Below are positions 18,017-27,245 of a DNA stretch of 27,936 bases, one piece after another. The notes beneath the pieces were generated by a model that searched no databases, was not told the DNA's origin, and saw nothing but the letters and a program-made list of their open reading frames with translations. Positions within the stretch are counted from its first letter, which is position 1. Each line of letters begins with the position of its first letter. The stretch is from Desulfobacterales bacterium (GTDB lineage: Bacteria; Desulfobacterota; DSM-4660; Desulfatiglandales; Desulfatiglandaceae): assembly GCA_027061865.1 (NCBI GenBank), contig JAMOVZ010000399.1:1-27936 (forward strand), written 5' to 3'. The translations under genes and the position numbers were made by a program.

Positions 18017-18949
18017 TCATTTCGCCAAAGTTTCTATCCCTATCTTTCGGCCTTTTGTCAGGCTAAGCCACATAAAATAAACAATCATGAACGTGGTCAG
18101 AATTGCCGCTGGAAGGGCAGCGGTCTTTCCAAAAAGGACCAGTGCTATGCCTGCTGCAGTGCCGGCGTTTTTAAGGGTTCCCAAGAGCTTGATGCTTATC
18201 CCTCTGGATCTCTCAATTCCCAAGAACCGGCTCACCAAGTCTATGGCACCCCCGAGGAGAAAAGTGGCTGAAAATGAAATTGCAAAGAGGGGCAAAATGT
18301 CCTTTGGGCTGCTAAAGAAAATCCCCCGGTTTAGGCCTATGATGCTATAAATTACCACGAAAAAACCCCAGTTGGTGATGGGCCCTTTGTAGGGAAGAAT
18401 GGGGCTGTCCATTTTGAGCCGCACCAGGATCTGAGAGGCTATTATGGGGCCCACGACCAGCAGAAGAAGAATGAGGAGGACCTTTCCGGGATTGATAACG
18501 GCGGTGCCCAAGAAAAGAAGGCACAATATGGGTGTGAGGAGCAGACCGCAAAGATAGCCTCCGATGGTAGCCATAAGGGAAAAGGAGGTGTCTCCGCCCA
18601 AAAGGCCCGTAAAGGGTATGATGGCAACAGCGGGTGGCACCGCCGCCACTAGCACGATCCCGCTCCAAAGGATCTTGTCTGAGACCAACAAAGTGCCTAA
18701 TCCGATCAGGACTCCTGAGTGTATTACAAAATTCATCAGGAGTCCCACTATAATAGGAAGAGCCATGGAACGATTAATTCTGAAAAACCCTTTAGGAACC
18801 CCAAGGGTGGAAACCGTCATCACCACGGCCAAGGCAGGGAGAACCCCCCATTTGGTAAACTTGGCCCACTCACCGAAAAAGAGTCCGAGAAAGAGGGCAA
18901 GAGAGAAAATAAAATTCCTGTGAACAAGAAAGGACTTGATTTTTTTCAT
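18017..18949 (-). CDS. Bile acid:sodium symporter (BASS/SBF) family transporter
   Basis: About 9-10 hydrophobic helices, with AAVPPAVA..PFT...GGD and LGTLKNAGTA motifs typical of the BASS crossover helices. Confidence 0.75.
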   Translation of the reverse strand: MKKIKSFLVHRNFIFSLALFLGLFFGEWAKFTKWGVLPALAVVMTVSTLGVPKGFFRINRSMALPIIVGLLMNFVIHSGVLIGLGTLLVSDKILWSGIVLVAAVPPAVAIIPFTGLLGGDTSFSLMATIGGYLCGLLLTPILCLLFLGTAVINPGKVLLILLLLVVGPIIASQILVRLKMDSPILPYKGPITNWGFFVVIYSIIGLNRGIFFSSPKDILPLFAISFSATFLLGGAIDLVSRFLGIERSRGISIKLLGTLKNAGTAAGIALVLFGKTAALPAAILTTFMIVYFMWLSLTKGRKIGIETLAK

Positions 18950-19083
18950 CCTCTTTTTCCTTTTCGTGCCCCCTGTGCGACCTTCCAGGGCTGGGCAAGG
19001 CTAAAGTATCCTTTTAGTCAGCCGATGCAACATATGGCAACACATTTAACTAGTCAAGATCTTACTGGCTCATTCTGCAAAAT

Positions 19084-20991
19084 ATGGAACAAGTAATGAT
19101 GACCCCTATACCGGCACAAAGTTTTCCCCTGCCCTCTTTCCAGGATGATCAAAAGAAGGGCTTCTGCCATTGGCATGAACCTGATTACAGCAGGCCCCTT
19201 CTTCGCATTCCAAAGAAGGCAAGAAAGAGGATGTTTGACAGACTTGCTTTCCTGTACGGCCATAGCACAGCCAAGCGATACATGCCTGAACTTGAGCGGT
19301 TGCTCAAGGTGTACTGGGCCCACAAGACCCCCGGAATGATAGAGGACGAAAAGCGCTTCAACCCCACTGAGAGATTCACTGAAAAGGATATTATACTCAT
19401 TACTTACGGTGATCTTTTAAGGGGAAATGATCCCTCTCCTCTCACCACTTTGGCGAGATTTTGTGATACCTACCTTGAAGGCACTATTAATACTCTTCAC
19501 ATTCTTCCCTTCTTTCCCTCATCATCTGACAGGGGCTTTGCGGTCATAGACTTTGAAACCGTAGATCCCCACCTTGGGACGTGGGATGATATAGAAAGGC
19601 TGAAGAGTTCTTACAAGCTTATGTTTGACGGGGTGATAAATCACGTATCATCCAAGAGCAGATGGTTTCAAGAATTTCTCAATGGAAATCCATTTTACAA
19701 GAATTTCTTTATCTCTTATGACTCCCCTGACGCCCTTACCCCAGAACAAAAGAAAATAATATTTAGGCCTCGAACATCTGATATTTTGACCCCATTTCTC
19801 ACCATTTCAGGGAAAAAATACGTCTGGACCACCTTTTCTCCTGACCAGATAGATTTGAACTACAAGAATCCCCAGGTTCTAATGCGGGTTATAGAGATCC
19901 TGCTCACATATGTTAGGCGAGGTGCGGATATTATCCGTTTGGATGCGGTAACTTACCTCTGGGCAGAGCCAGGCACCAGATGTGTCCATCTTGAGCAAAC
20001 TCACCAAATAATAAAGCTCTTCAGAGACATACTGGATGTGGTGGCCCCCAAGGTAGCAATTATTACAGAGACCAATGTGCCCCATCATGAAAACATATCT
20101 TATTTCGGAGATGGTTATGACGAGGCCCAGATGGTCTATAACTTTGCCCTCCCTCCCCTGGTTCTCTACACATTTTACAGGGAAGATGCCACGGCCATTT
20201 CACGATGGGCCTCACAGTTGGAAAATCCCTCGCCGTGCGCCACCTTTTTCAACTTCCTCGACTCCCATGATGGCATTGGGCTAATGGGGGTTAGAGATCT
20301 GCTGCCAACTGAGGAGATTAACTTCATCATAGACAGGGCTGTGGACCATGGCGGCCTAATTTCGTACAAAGGCGGGCCCGAGGGTGAGAAGGAGCCTTAT
20401 GAGATCAACATCACCTGGTTTAGCGCCTTGAACAAGGAAGACTCCGGGGAAGACATCGCCTTCCAAGTAAAGAGGTTTGTGGCTTCCAGGGCAATTGCCC
20501 TGGTTTTACAGGGTGTGCCAGGTATATACCTCCACAGCCTCATTGGGACACAGAACGATATTAATGCAGTGTTGGCAACTAACTCCAACAGGGAAATCAA
20601 CCGAACAGTCATAAAAGAGGACCTCATAAATCAGGCCTTGGCTGATCCTCTGTCCAAGATCTCGCGTATCAATCGGGAGTTGGGAAGACTAATAACCCTC
20701 AGAACCCAGGAAAAAGCCTTCCATCCCAATGCATCACAAAGAGTTTTGAATATATCCCCGAAGGTATTCAGTGTTGTAAGAGTGGCGCCTGACCAAAGTG
20801 AAACCCTGCTCTGCCTGATAAATGTATCAAGGAAGCCTCTGCACATCGATATTAAGCTTTCCGGATTCTCGCTTGAAGCCTCACACTGGATTGATCTGGT
20901 CGGTGGCATGGAATGGTGGGCAGACGACGGGCTCATATCCATCAGCCTCATGCCCTATGATATAGCCTGGCTCAAATCACAGGATTCTTAA
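19084..20991 (+). CDS. GH13_18 sugar phosphorylase, probably glucosylglycerate phosphorylase
   Basis: ITYGD, HILPFFP.SSDRGF, FDGVINHVS, IRLDAV (nucleophile), ITETNVPH (acid/base), FLDSHDGIG and YEINITW. The start codon is uncertain. Confidence 0.85.
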   Translation: MEQVMMTPIPAQSFPLPSFQDDQKKGFCHWHEPDYSRPLLRIPKKARKRMFDRLAFLYGHSTAKRYMPELERLLKVYWAHKTPGMIEDEKRFNPTERFTEKDIILITYGDLLRGNDPSPLTTLARFCDTYLEGTINTLHILPFFPSSSDRGFAVIDFETVDPHLGTWDDIERLKSSYKLMFDGVINHVSSKSRWFQEFLNGNPFYKNFFISYDSPDALTPEQKKIIFRPRTSDILTPFLTISGKKYVWTTFSPDQIDLNYKNPQVLMRVIEILLTYVRRGADIIRLDAVTYLWAEPGTRCVHLEQTHQIIKLFRDILDVVAPKVAIITETNVPHHENISYFGDGYDEAQMVYNFALPPLVLYTFYREDATAISRWASQLENPSPCATFFNFLDSHDGIGLMGVRDLLPTEEINFIIDRAVDHGGLISYKGGPEGEKEPYEINITWFSALNKEDSGEDIAFQVKRFVASRAIALVLQGVPGIYLHSLIGTQNDINAVLATNSNREINRTVIKEDLINQALADPLSKISRINRELGRLITLRTQEKAFHPNASQRVLNISPKVFSVVRVAPDQSETLLCLINVSRKPLHIDIKLSGFSLEASHWIDLVGGMEWWADDGLISISLMPYDIAWLKSQDS

Positions 20992-21001
20992 AAAGGCAAA
21001 C

Positions 21002-21871
21002 TCAAGACATAACATGGAAAAGGTTTTGCAGCTCCTCTGCAGAGGCCTCAAGGCTCTGCTTGACTTTTTCAAGCTCTCCCCCTTTTATTCTCAATTGGTC
21101 CAATTCGGCCTCAAGCACTGATGGAGGCGCCATGTTTCCGGCCTCCCCGACCCCCACCTCTCTTGCAATTTCATCAGCAATATGGAGTAACCTGACTGCT
21201 TTTTTATACTCATTGGGAACTTGTCCCTCACGGTGGTGAAGTTGTATTGGGATTCGAATCTCTGCCGGAAATTTCCAGCGCTCAAGCAGCATCCCTCCAA
21301 CTTCACCATGGTCCATGCCTATGGTCTCTTTCTCAGCTTGAGCAAGCGGGATATTGCATTTCACTGTCTGGCCCAAGCTTTCCGCAAATTCCTCTGGGAA
21401 AAACTCGGCCAAAACCAACTTTCCAATGTCGTGCAGAAGTCCCATTATGAAATAGACTTCTTCCCTCCCCTTGGCCTCGGCAAGGGCAGATAACTTTCTT
21501 GCCGCATTGGCCACCGCCAGACTGTGTACCCATAAGCCATTTAAGGAAAAGGCTCCACACCCCTTCCCTTTCGGCAACGAATGGACCACACCTACCGAAA
21601 CAGCTAAAGATTTCACCATATTCGAGCCCAAAAGTGCAACGGCTCGCTCCAATGTGGTTATCTCCTGCGGGAAGCCATAATAGGCGGAATTTGCTACCTT
21701 CAAAATCTTAGAAGTTAGTGCTGGATCTTGCGAGATCACCTCAATGGCTTCTTTTATCTCATGGCCTTCATCTGCGAGCACCCTTGCAAGCCTAGGGATA
21801 ACAGCAGGTATGGTGGGAAGCTCGTCAATTCGCGCATATATCCTTCTTTTAAGGGCTTCCGCTTCCATCAT
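21002..21871 (-). CDS. Stand-alone HDOD domain protein
   Basis: LPTIP, DPALTSKILKVANSAYYG, ITTLERAVALLG, W.HS, GLLHDIGK and HGEVGGMLLERWKFP. Confidence 0.92.
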   Translation of the reverse strand: MMEAEALKRRIYARIDELPTIPAVIPRLARVLADEGHEIKEAIEVISQDPALTSKILKVANSAYYGFPQEITTLERAVALLGSNMVKSLAVSVGVVHSLPKGKGCGAFSLNGLWVHSLAVANAARKLSALAEAKGREEVYFIMGLLHDIGKLVLAEFFPEEFAESLGQTVKCNIPLAQAEKETIGMDHGEVGGMLLERWKFPAEIRIPIQLHHREGQVPNEYKKAVRLLHIADEIAREVGVGEAGNMAPPSVLEAELDQLRIKGGELEKVKQSLEASAEELQNLFHVMS

Positions 21872-22158
21872 GCCTATCCTCGCCTATCCTTTTGATGATC
21901 TCCCTTTCTTGATCGGAAACAGGCACCGGCATGTTTAATATTTTGGCCTTGTCTCCTTCCGGGCCCAGGAGTTGGCTTCCTAAAAGAGTGCTCATTGTGA
22001 GGCTCATTATCTTAAGGGCGGAAAAGCCCCAAAATCTTTCAAGTATTATTCCTGATCTATGGCATGATGTTAGAGCCGGGAAAAAGTAAAAGCCGGTATT
22101 TAGAGTAAAGTGTTTCAATAACGCCAACAGAATAGTATTATTCTTCATAGGAAAATAT

Positions 22159-24177
22159 GTGCAAACAGGAGCGTGTCAATTGAAGAATCAAGATATAGTG
22201 CCAAATCTTAACGGGCTTCACATCAAGAGAGGAGAGCTTAAGACCGTGCAAGTAAACCTGGGCAACAGGTGTAACCAAGCATGCAGGCATTGCCATATAG
22301 AGGCATCCCCAAAGGGGACCAGGATAATGGATCAGGAAACAGCGGTCAAGATAATCAAAAAGCTTGCTGAACTTCCCATCCGGAAAGTCGAGTTTACTGG
22401 TGGAACCCCTGAAATGATCCCTGCCTTCAAGCTGTTTGTGGAAAAACTCTCAGGTGCCGGAAAAGCCCTTACTGTGAGAACTAGCCTTACGGTACTGCAG
22501 AATCCAAAATACAGTTTCTATATTGACCTCTACAAGGAACATAAGGTGAGGATCATCGCCTCTCTTCCAGGCACTTTTGACGATGTGACTGACCAGCAGC
22601 GGGGAAAGGGTGTCTTTAAAAGATCCATAGGGCTTTTGAAAAGGCTTAATGAACTCGGATTTGGGACAAACGGTTTGGACCTTGACTTGGTCTTTAATCC
22701 ATTAGAAACTGAACTTCCCCCGCCCCAAGCAGAAATCGAGAGGATCTTCAGGCAGATATTAAAAGAGCGCTATTCTATTCAATTTAATAATCTTTACACC
22801 ATCGTAAATTCTCCAATTGGTCGTTTCAAAAAGGCACTCGAGGCCAAAGGGCTTCTTGAAGACTATCTGAACACTCTCAAGGCCAATTTCAATCCTGCCA
22901 CCATCGGCTCTATCATGTGCAAGGAATTGATTTCTGTGGACTATCAAGGCTGCGTATATGACTGTGACTTCAATCTTGCCCTTGGCCTTCCCGTAAAGGG
23001 TTATGAGCGAAAAAAATTTTGGGAGATAGACTTTTCTGACTTCTCCCCAAAGATAACCACCGGGGAGCACTGTTATGCCTGTACTGCGGGAAGAGGAAGC
23101 TCTTGCATGGGAGAGATAGCAATGGAATCAAAAATCAGGGATGATGTGAAAAATTATTATGGAAGGGAACTTCAGACATCCAAAGATCTTAAGACCACTG
23201 CATGCTGTCCGGCTGACGCCTTACCCGAATATGTAAGGGATGTCCTTCCCTATATTGTGGATGAGGTGAAAGAGAAGTTTTATGGATGCGGCTCCCCCAT
23301 TCCCCCTGCCATCGAGGGATGCACTGTGCTAGACCTTGGTTGTGGTACGGGAAGGGATAGCTTTATTGCAGCCAAATTAGTAGGCCAACGGGGCAGAGTG
23401 ATAGGCCTGGACATGACCGATGAGCAACTTGCAGTGGCCAACCGCAATGTTGAGGCCCAGATGGAAAGGTTTGGCTATGACAGGCCCAATGTTGAGTTTA
23501 AAAAGGGATACATTGAGGATTTGAAGGGAGCAGGGATTGAAGATGGTTCAATAGATGTAGTTATCTCCAATTGTGTAATCAACCTCTCGCCTGACAAAGA
23601 GGCGGTTTTCAGCGAAATATTTAGGGTCCTCAAACCAGGTGGTGAGCTTTACTTTTCCGATGTCTTCAGCGGCAGGCGGGTCCCTGGCCATCTCAAACAC
23701 GATCCCGTCCTTTTGGGCGAGTGCCTGGCAGGGGCTATGTATATAGAAGACTTCAGGAGGATGCTTCTAAGGCTCGGCTGCCTTGACTACAGGGTCATCT
23801 CGAAACGAAAAATTGATCTGAAAAATCCCGAGATTGAAGAAAAGATCGGCATGGTGGATTTCTATTCCATGACGGTCAGGGCCTTCAAGCTGGATGACCT
23901 GGAAGACATCTGCGAAGACTACGGTCAGGTGGCAGTCTACTTGGGAACCGTACCGAGATTTCCGCATCACCTTGAGCTGGATGACCACCATCGCTTCATC
24001 ACGGGAAAGCCCATGCTGGTCTGTGGAAACACCGCATCCATGCTTTCAAACACCCGATTTGCCCCTCACTTTAAAGTAATGGGGGACAGATCAGTCCATT
24101 ACGGCCCTTTTGATTGTGCCTCCCCAGCAAGTATAGAGGGCGAAGAGCCTTCAGCTGACACTTGCTCCTGCTCGTGA
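22159..24177 (+). CDS. Fusion of an ArsS-type radical SAM domain (N-terminal, about 320 aa) and an arsenite S-adenosylmethyltransferase ArsM/AS3MT domain (C-terminal, about 350 aa)
   Basis: N-half: QVNLGNRCNQACRHCHIEASP, FTGGTPE, YDCDFN and HCYACTAGRGSSC. C-half: YYG..L..S.DLKTTACC, FYGCG, VLDLGCGTGRD, ISNCVINL and GECLAGA. There is no stop between the halves. The true start may be TTG 22180 (AGGAG 8 nt upstream). Confidence 0.85.
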   Translation: MQTGACQLKNQDIVPNLNGLHIKRGELKTVQVNLGNRCNQACRHCHIEASPKGTRIMDQETAVKIIKKLAELPIRKVEFTGGTPEMIPAFKLFVEKLSGAGKALTVRTSLTVLQNPKYSFYIDLYKEHKVRIIASLPGTFDDVTDQQRGKGVFKRSIGLLKRLNELGFGTNGLDLDLVFNPLETELPPPQAEIERIFRQILKERYSIQFNNLYTIVNSPIGRFKKALEAKGLLEDYLNTLKANFNPATIGSIMCKELISVDYQGCVYDCDFNLALGLPVKGYERKKFWEIDFSDFSPKITTGEHCYACTAGRGSSCMGEIAMESKIRDDVKNYYGRELQTSKDLKTTACCPADALPEYVRDVLPYIVDEVKEKFYGCGSPIPPAIEGCTVLDLGCGTGRDSFIAAKLVGQRGRVIGLDMTDEQLAVANRNVEAQMERFGYDRPNVEFKKGYIEDLKGAGIEDGSIDVVISNCVINLSPDKEAVFSEIFRVLKPGGELYFSDVFSGRRVPGHLKHDPVLLGECLAGAMYIEDFRRMLLRLGCLDYRVISKRKIDLKNPEIEEKIGMVDFYSMTVRAFKLDDLEDICEDYGQVAVYLGTVPRFPHHLELDDHHRFITGKPMLVCGNTASMLSNTRFAPHFKVMGDRSVHYGPFDCASPASIEGEEPSADTCSCS

Positions 24178-24243
24178 TCATCATATTGAAAACACTGGCA
24201 TTGGTTAGAATGAGTAAAAGACAAGGCAGGAAAGGGGCGTAAT

Positions 24244-24702
24244 TTACTTCAATACCGAATAATCAACAAACCATGCCTCGATTCCAGGCTCTGGAGTTGG
24301 CTGGCCTTCTAGGTAAACATAACCAGTAAGCCTAGGGTAGTTGTCCAGATCCGATGAAATTATATAAGTGGCTTCATAGCTTTTGTTTTTCTCAGAAAAT
24401 CTAATTCGGAGCACCTTTCTCTTGTCCGCAGTTGCTGATTCTATCCTGCCTATGGCCCTTGTCTTTGTATCGCCTATGATGCGAATAATTTCCAGCCTGC
24501 CTCCCGTGCGTGTCACCAAGATCCTTCCAGTATAACTCTTGTTGCATCCAGGCCTTTTTCCTATGACAAGATATTGACCCTTTAGAAAATCATAGAGAAA
24601 GCCGGCTTCACCGTCAGCATGAGATTTATCCGAGCTAGCAGCCCAAATGAGGCAAGTAATCCCAATAGATATGACTATTAAACACAAAACCTTCGACTTC
24701 AC
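24244..24702 (-). CDS. Hypothetical exported protein
   Basis: 152-aa ORF with a GTG start behind GGGGGA, an N-terminal signal-like segment (MKSKVLCLIVISIGITCLIWA) and a beta-rich body. No family recognised. Confidence 0.6.
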   Translation of the reverse strand: MKSKVLCLIVISIGITCLIWAASSDKSHADGEAGFLYDFLKGQYLVIGKRPGCNKSYTGRILVTRTGGRLEIIRIIGDTKTRAIGRIESATADKRKVLRIRFSEKNKSYEATYIISSDLDNYPRLTGYVYLEGQPTPEPGIEAWFVDYSVLK

Positions 24703-24861
24703 TTATTCCCCCCTAGAAAAATTCCAGTTTTGGTGGTTACTGCAGGGGCGCCTCAATTTTTATGCACTATACTGATTCAGTTTATCTGCTTGCAAGAATT
24801 TTACACAAGGACATTGGGAAATGGAATGCTGTATTTAGGGCAAAGCGGTAAGAAGGGAATA

Positions 24862-24893
24862 AAAAGGGGTTACTTTTTGCTGTAACCCCTTTT
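24862..24893 (-). terminator. Intrinsic terminator downstream of tRNA-fMet
   Basis: AAAAGGGGTTAC-N8-GTAACCCCTTTT inverted repeat; the minus strand continues into a T-tract. Confidence 0.8.
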
Positions 24894-24903
24894 GCTTTTT
24901 CAC

Positions 24904-24980
<77 letters not shown>

Positions 24981-24991
24981 AAACTAGATTC

Positions 24992-25020
24992 ATTATATGT
25001 CCTCTTGGCCTGATAGTCAA
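24992..25020 (-). promoter_or_regulatory. Sigma70 promoter of tRNA-fMet
   Basis: Minus-strand TTGACT (25020-25015)-N17-TATAAT (24997-24992), 11 nt upstream of the tRNA 5' end. Confidence 0.85.
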
Positions 25021-25160
25021 CTGGTTGTTTTATTCGGCCGTCCTCATAATTTTCTCCAAGATTTCTGGGAAATTGGTTGTGGGGTATCAATATTTTTGAT
25101 ATGTGCAGGTATGCAGAGTGTGTGACACTGCACAATTCGGCCGGAATTAGAGAGAGTGAT

Positions 25161-26795
25161 ATGATAAGAATTACATGCTGTGGTGGAGTTGGGATGGTTA
25201 CGGGCTCCAACTTTTTGGTGGAGACCCCAAAAGGGAAAAAACTCTTGGTGGACTGCGGGCTTTTTCAGGGGGGCAGGGCCACGGAGGAGCTAAACAGGGC
25301 ACCCTGGGGCTATGCGCCCTCGGCGGTGGAGACTCTCTTTCTCACCCATGCGCATATCGATCACAGTGGACGAATACCTAAACTGGTAAAAGATGGCTTC
25401 AAAGGCCCAATCATTACATCCCCGCCCACGGCCGAATTGTGCCAGATCATGCTCCTTGACTCTGCCCATATCCAAGAGATGGATGCCCAATGGCAGACCA
25501 GGAAAAACAAGAGGCAAAATAAGCCTCCTGTGCTTCCCCTTTATACCACAGAGGATGCAGAGGCCTCCCTACACCTCTTCGAGCCTACGGAAAGGGATCA
25601 AATCGTTGAGGTCGAACAAGGAGTGAAGGCCAGACTGAGGAATGCAGGCCACATACTGGGCTCTTCCATTCTAGAACTTTGGGTGGAGGACCGGGGGGGT
25701 ACTGTAAAGGTGGTCTTTTCAGGGGATCTTGGGAAAAAGGATCAGCTCATCGTGCGGGATCCCCATGAGATCTTTGACGCAGACTATGTGTTTATTGAAT
25801 CCACATACGGCAACAGGCGGCACAAAGGCTTTGAAGAAAGCAGGGCCGAGCTGCTGGAGGCCATTCAATACAGCTATTCCAACGGAGAAAAGACAATCAT
25901 TCCTGCCTTTGCTGTCGAACGCACCCAGGAGATCCTTTATATCCTTGGGCAGTTTCACCGAGAAGGCCTCCTGCCTGACATTCCCGTATACCTTGACAGC
26001 CCCCTTGCCATAAAGGCCACAGAAATATTCAGGAAAAACAAGAAATATTATGACGAAGAAGCCTCTGCTATAGTGGAGGAAGGATACGATCCCTTTGATA
26101 TGCCAAACCTGAACTTCACCTTGAGCACCCAGGAATCTATAGCCATAAATGAAACACCTGGTCCAGCGATAGTGATTGCTGGGAATGGAATGTGTACGGC
26201 AGGGAGGATAAAACACCACCTCAAGCACAATCTATGGAGGCGGGGATCCAGTCTGGTGATCGTAGGTTTCCAGGCAAAGGGCACTACCGGCCGCAGGATA
26301 GTGGACGGCGCGAAAGAGGTGAAAATCTTTCGGGAGCCAGTGGCTGTGAAGGCAAAGGTGTTTACCATTGGAGGTTTCTCGGCCCATGCCGACCAGGCAG
26401 ACCTATTGGAGTGGATGTCTCACTTTGAGTCTAATCCTAAAGTTTTTGTAACCCATGGTGAGCCCGAGGCAAGCCAGGCCTTTGCAAGGGAGATAGAAAG
26501 GCGTTTCGGCCTTGAGGTGCACATCCCTCAATTGAGGGAAAGATTGATTTTAAAGCCAAGAGAGGTTGTTGTTGAGGCCCCTGAAATAAAACCTGCAAAA
26601 GAAGCGTCCATATCCCAGCTCATTTCAACAATTGAGGCCATAGAAACGGACCTAAGCGGGCTAAAGGACTTCTTGCTTCGCTCTGATATTGACCCAGACC
26701 TCCTGAGCCAAGACTATTTGGAAAAACTGGAGTATTTACGAGAAGAGGTCAAGGAGATCATTCAACCTGCCCTTGGGCGGAGACAGAAGAGATAG
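25161..26795 (+). CDS. Metallo-beta-lactamase/beta-CASP family ribonuclease (YSH1-like)
   Basis: VTGS, LVDCGLFQG, THAHIDHSG, NAGHILGS, FSGDLG, ESTYG, SAHADQ and THGE. ATG 25161 is preferred over 25077. Confidence 0.92.
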   Translation: MIRITCCGGVGMVTGSNFLVETPKGKKLLVDCGLFQGGRATEELNRAPWGYAPSAVETLFLTHAHIDHSGRIPKLVKDGFKGPIITSPPTAELCQIMLLDSAHIQEMDAQWQTRKNKRQNKPPVLPLYTTEDAEASLHLFEPTERDQIVEVEQGVKARLRNAGHILGSSILELWVEDRGGTVKVVFSGDLGKKDQLIVRDPHEIFDADYVFIESTYGNRRHKGFEESRAELLEAIQYSYSNGEKTIIPAFAVERTQEILYILGQFHREGLLPDIPVYLDSPLAIKATEIFRKNKKYYDEEASAIVEEGYDPFDMPNLNFTLSTQESIAINETPGPAIVIAGNGMCTAGRIKHHLKHNLWRRGSSLVIVGFQAKGTTGRRIVDGAKEVKIFREPVAVKAKVFTIGGFSAHADQADLLEWMSHFESNPKVFVTHGEPEASQAFAREIERRFGLEVHIPQLRERLILKPREVVVEAPEIKPAKEASISQLISTIEAIETDLSGLKDFLLRSDIDPDLLSQDYLEKLEYLREEVKEIIQPALGRRQKR

Positions 26796-27231
26796 CCTCA
26801 ATAATCTTTTGATACCCCGTACACCTGCATAAATTCCCTGAAATGGCTTCTCTTATTTCCAGTTCACTGGGCTGCGGGTTCTTGTCGAGAAGATGCTTGG
26901 CAGACAAGATCATTCCAGGTGTACAAAAACCACACTGAATAGCCCCCTCTCTTATAAATGCCTCTTGCAGCGGATGCAGCCCTTCCCCTGTGGCAAGGCC
27001 TTCGATTGTCACCACTTCCTTGCCATGGGCCTGAACCGCCAGCACCAGGCAGGAATTGACTGGCCTTCCATTCAGGAGCACAATGCAGGAGCCGCAGTCG
27101 CCCACTTCACATCCCTTTTTGGTGCCAGTAAGCCCCAAGTCATGGCGCAGGAAATCCAACAAGGTCTGATTAGAGCTTATCGGCTTTTCATAAGACCTGC
27201 CATTCACCGTGATGTTGATGACCTTCCTCAT
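26758..27231 (-). CDS. Xanthine/CO dehydrogenase family small 2x[2Fe-2S] subunit (CoxS-like)
   Basis: GTKKGCEVGDCGSC, NSCL, TIEGL, IQCGFCTPG and GNLCRCTGY. Confidence 0.93.
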   Translation of the reverse strand: MRKVINITVNGRSYEKPISSNQTLLDFLRHDLGLTGTKKGCEVGDCGSCIVLLNGRPVNSCLVLAVQAHGKEVVTIEGLATGEGLHPLQEAFIREGAIQCGFCTPGMILSAKHLLDKNPQPSELEIREAISGNLCRCTGYQKIIEAISSVSAQGQVE

Positions 27232-27245
27232 GGTGTGCACTTCTC

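Noticed and set aside
21849-22148. 99-aa minus-strand ORF upstream of HDOD
   Set aside because: It has no recognisable motif and spans the divergent promoter region. A short real peptide cannot be excluded but is unsupported.
24163-24190. TGA after the ...TCSCS tail read as selenocysteine
   Set aside because: Read-through adds only SSY before another TGA, and I see no SECIS-like hairpin. The ArsS-domain SSC position is an ordinary TGC.
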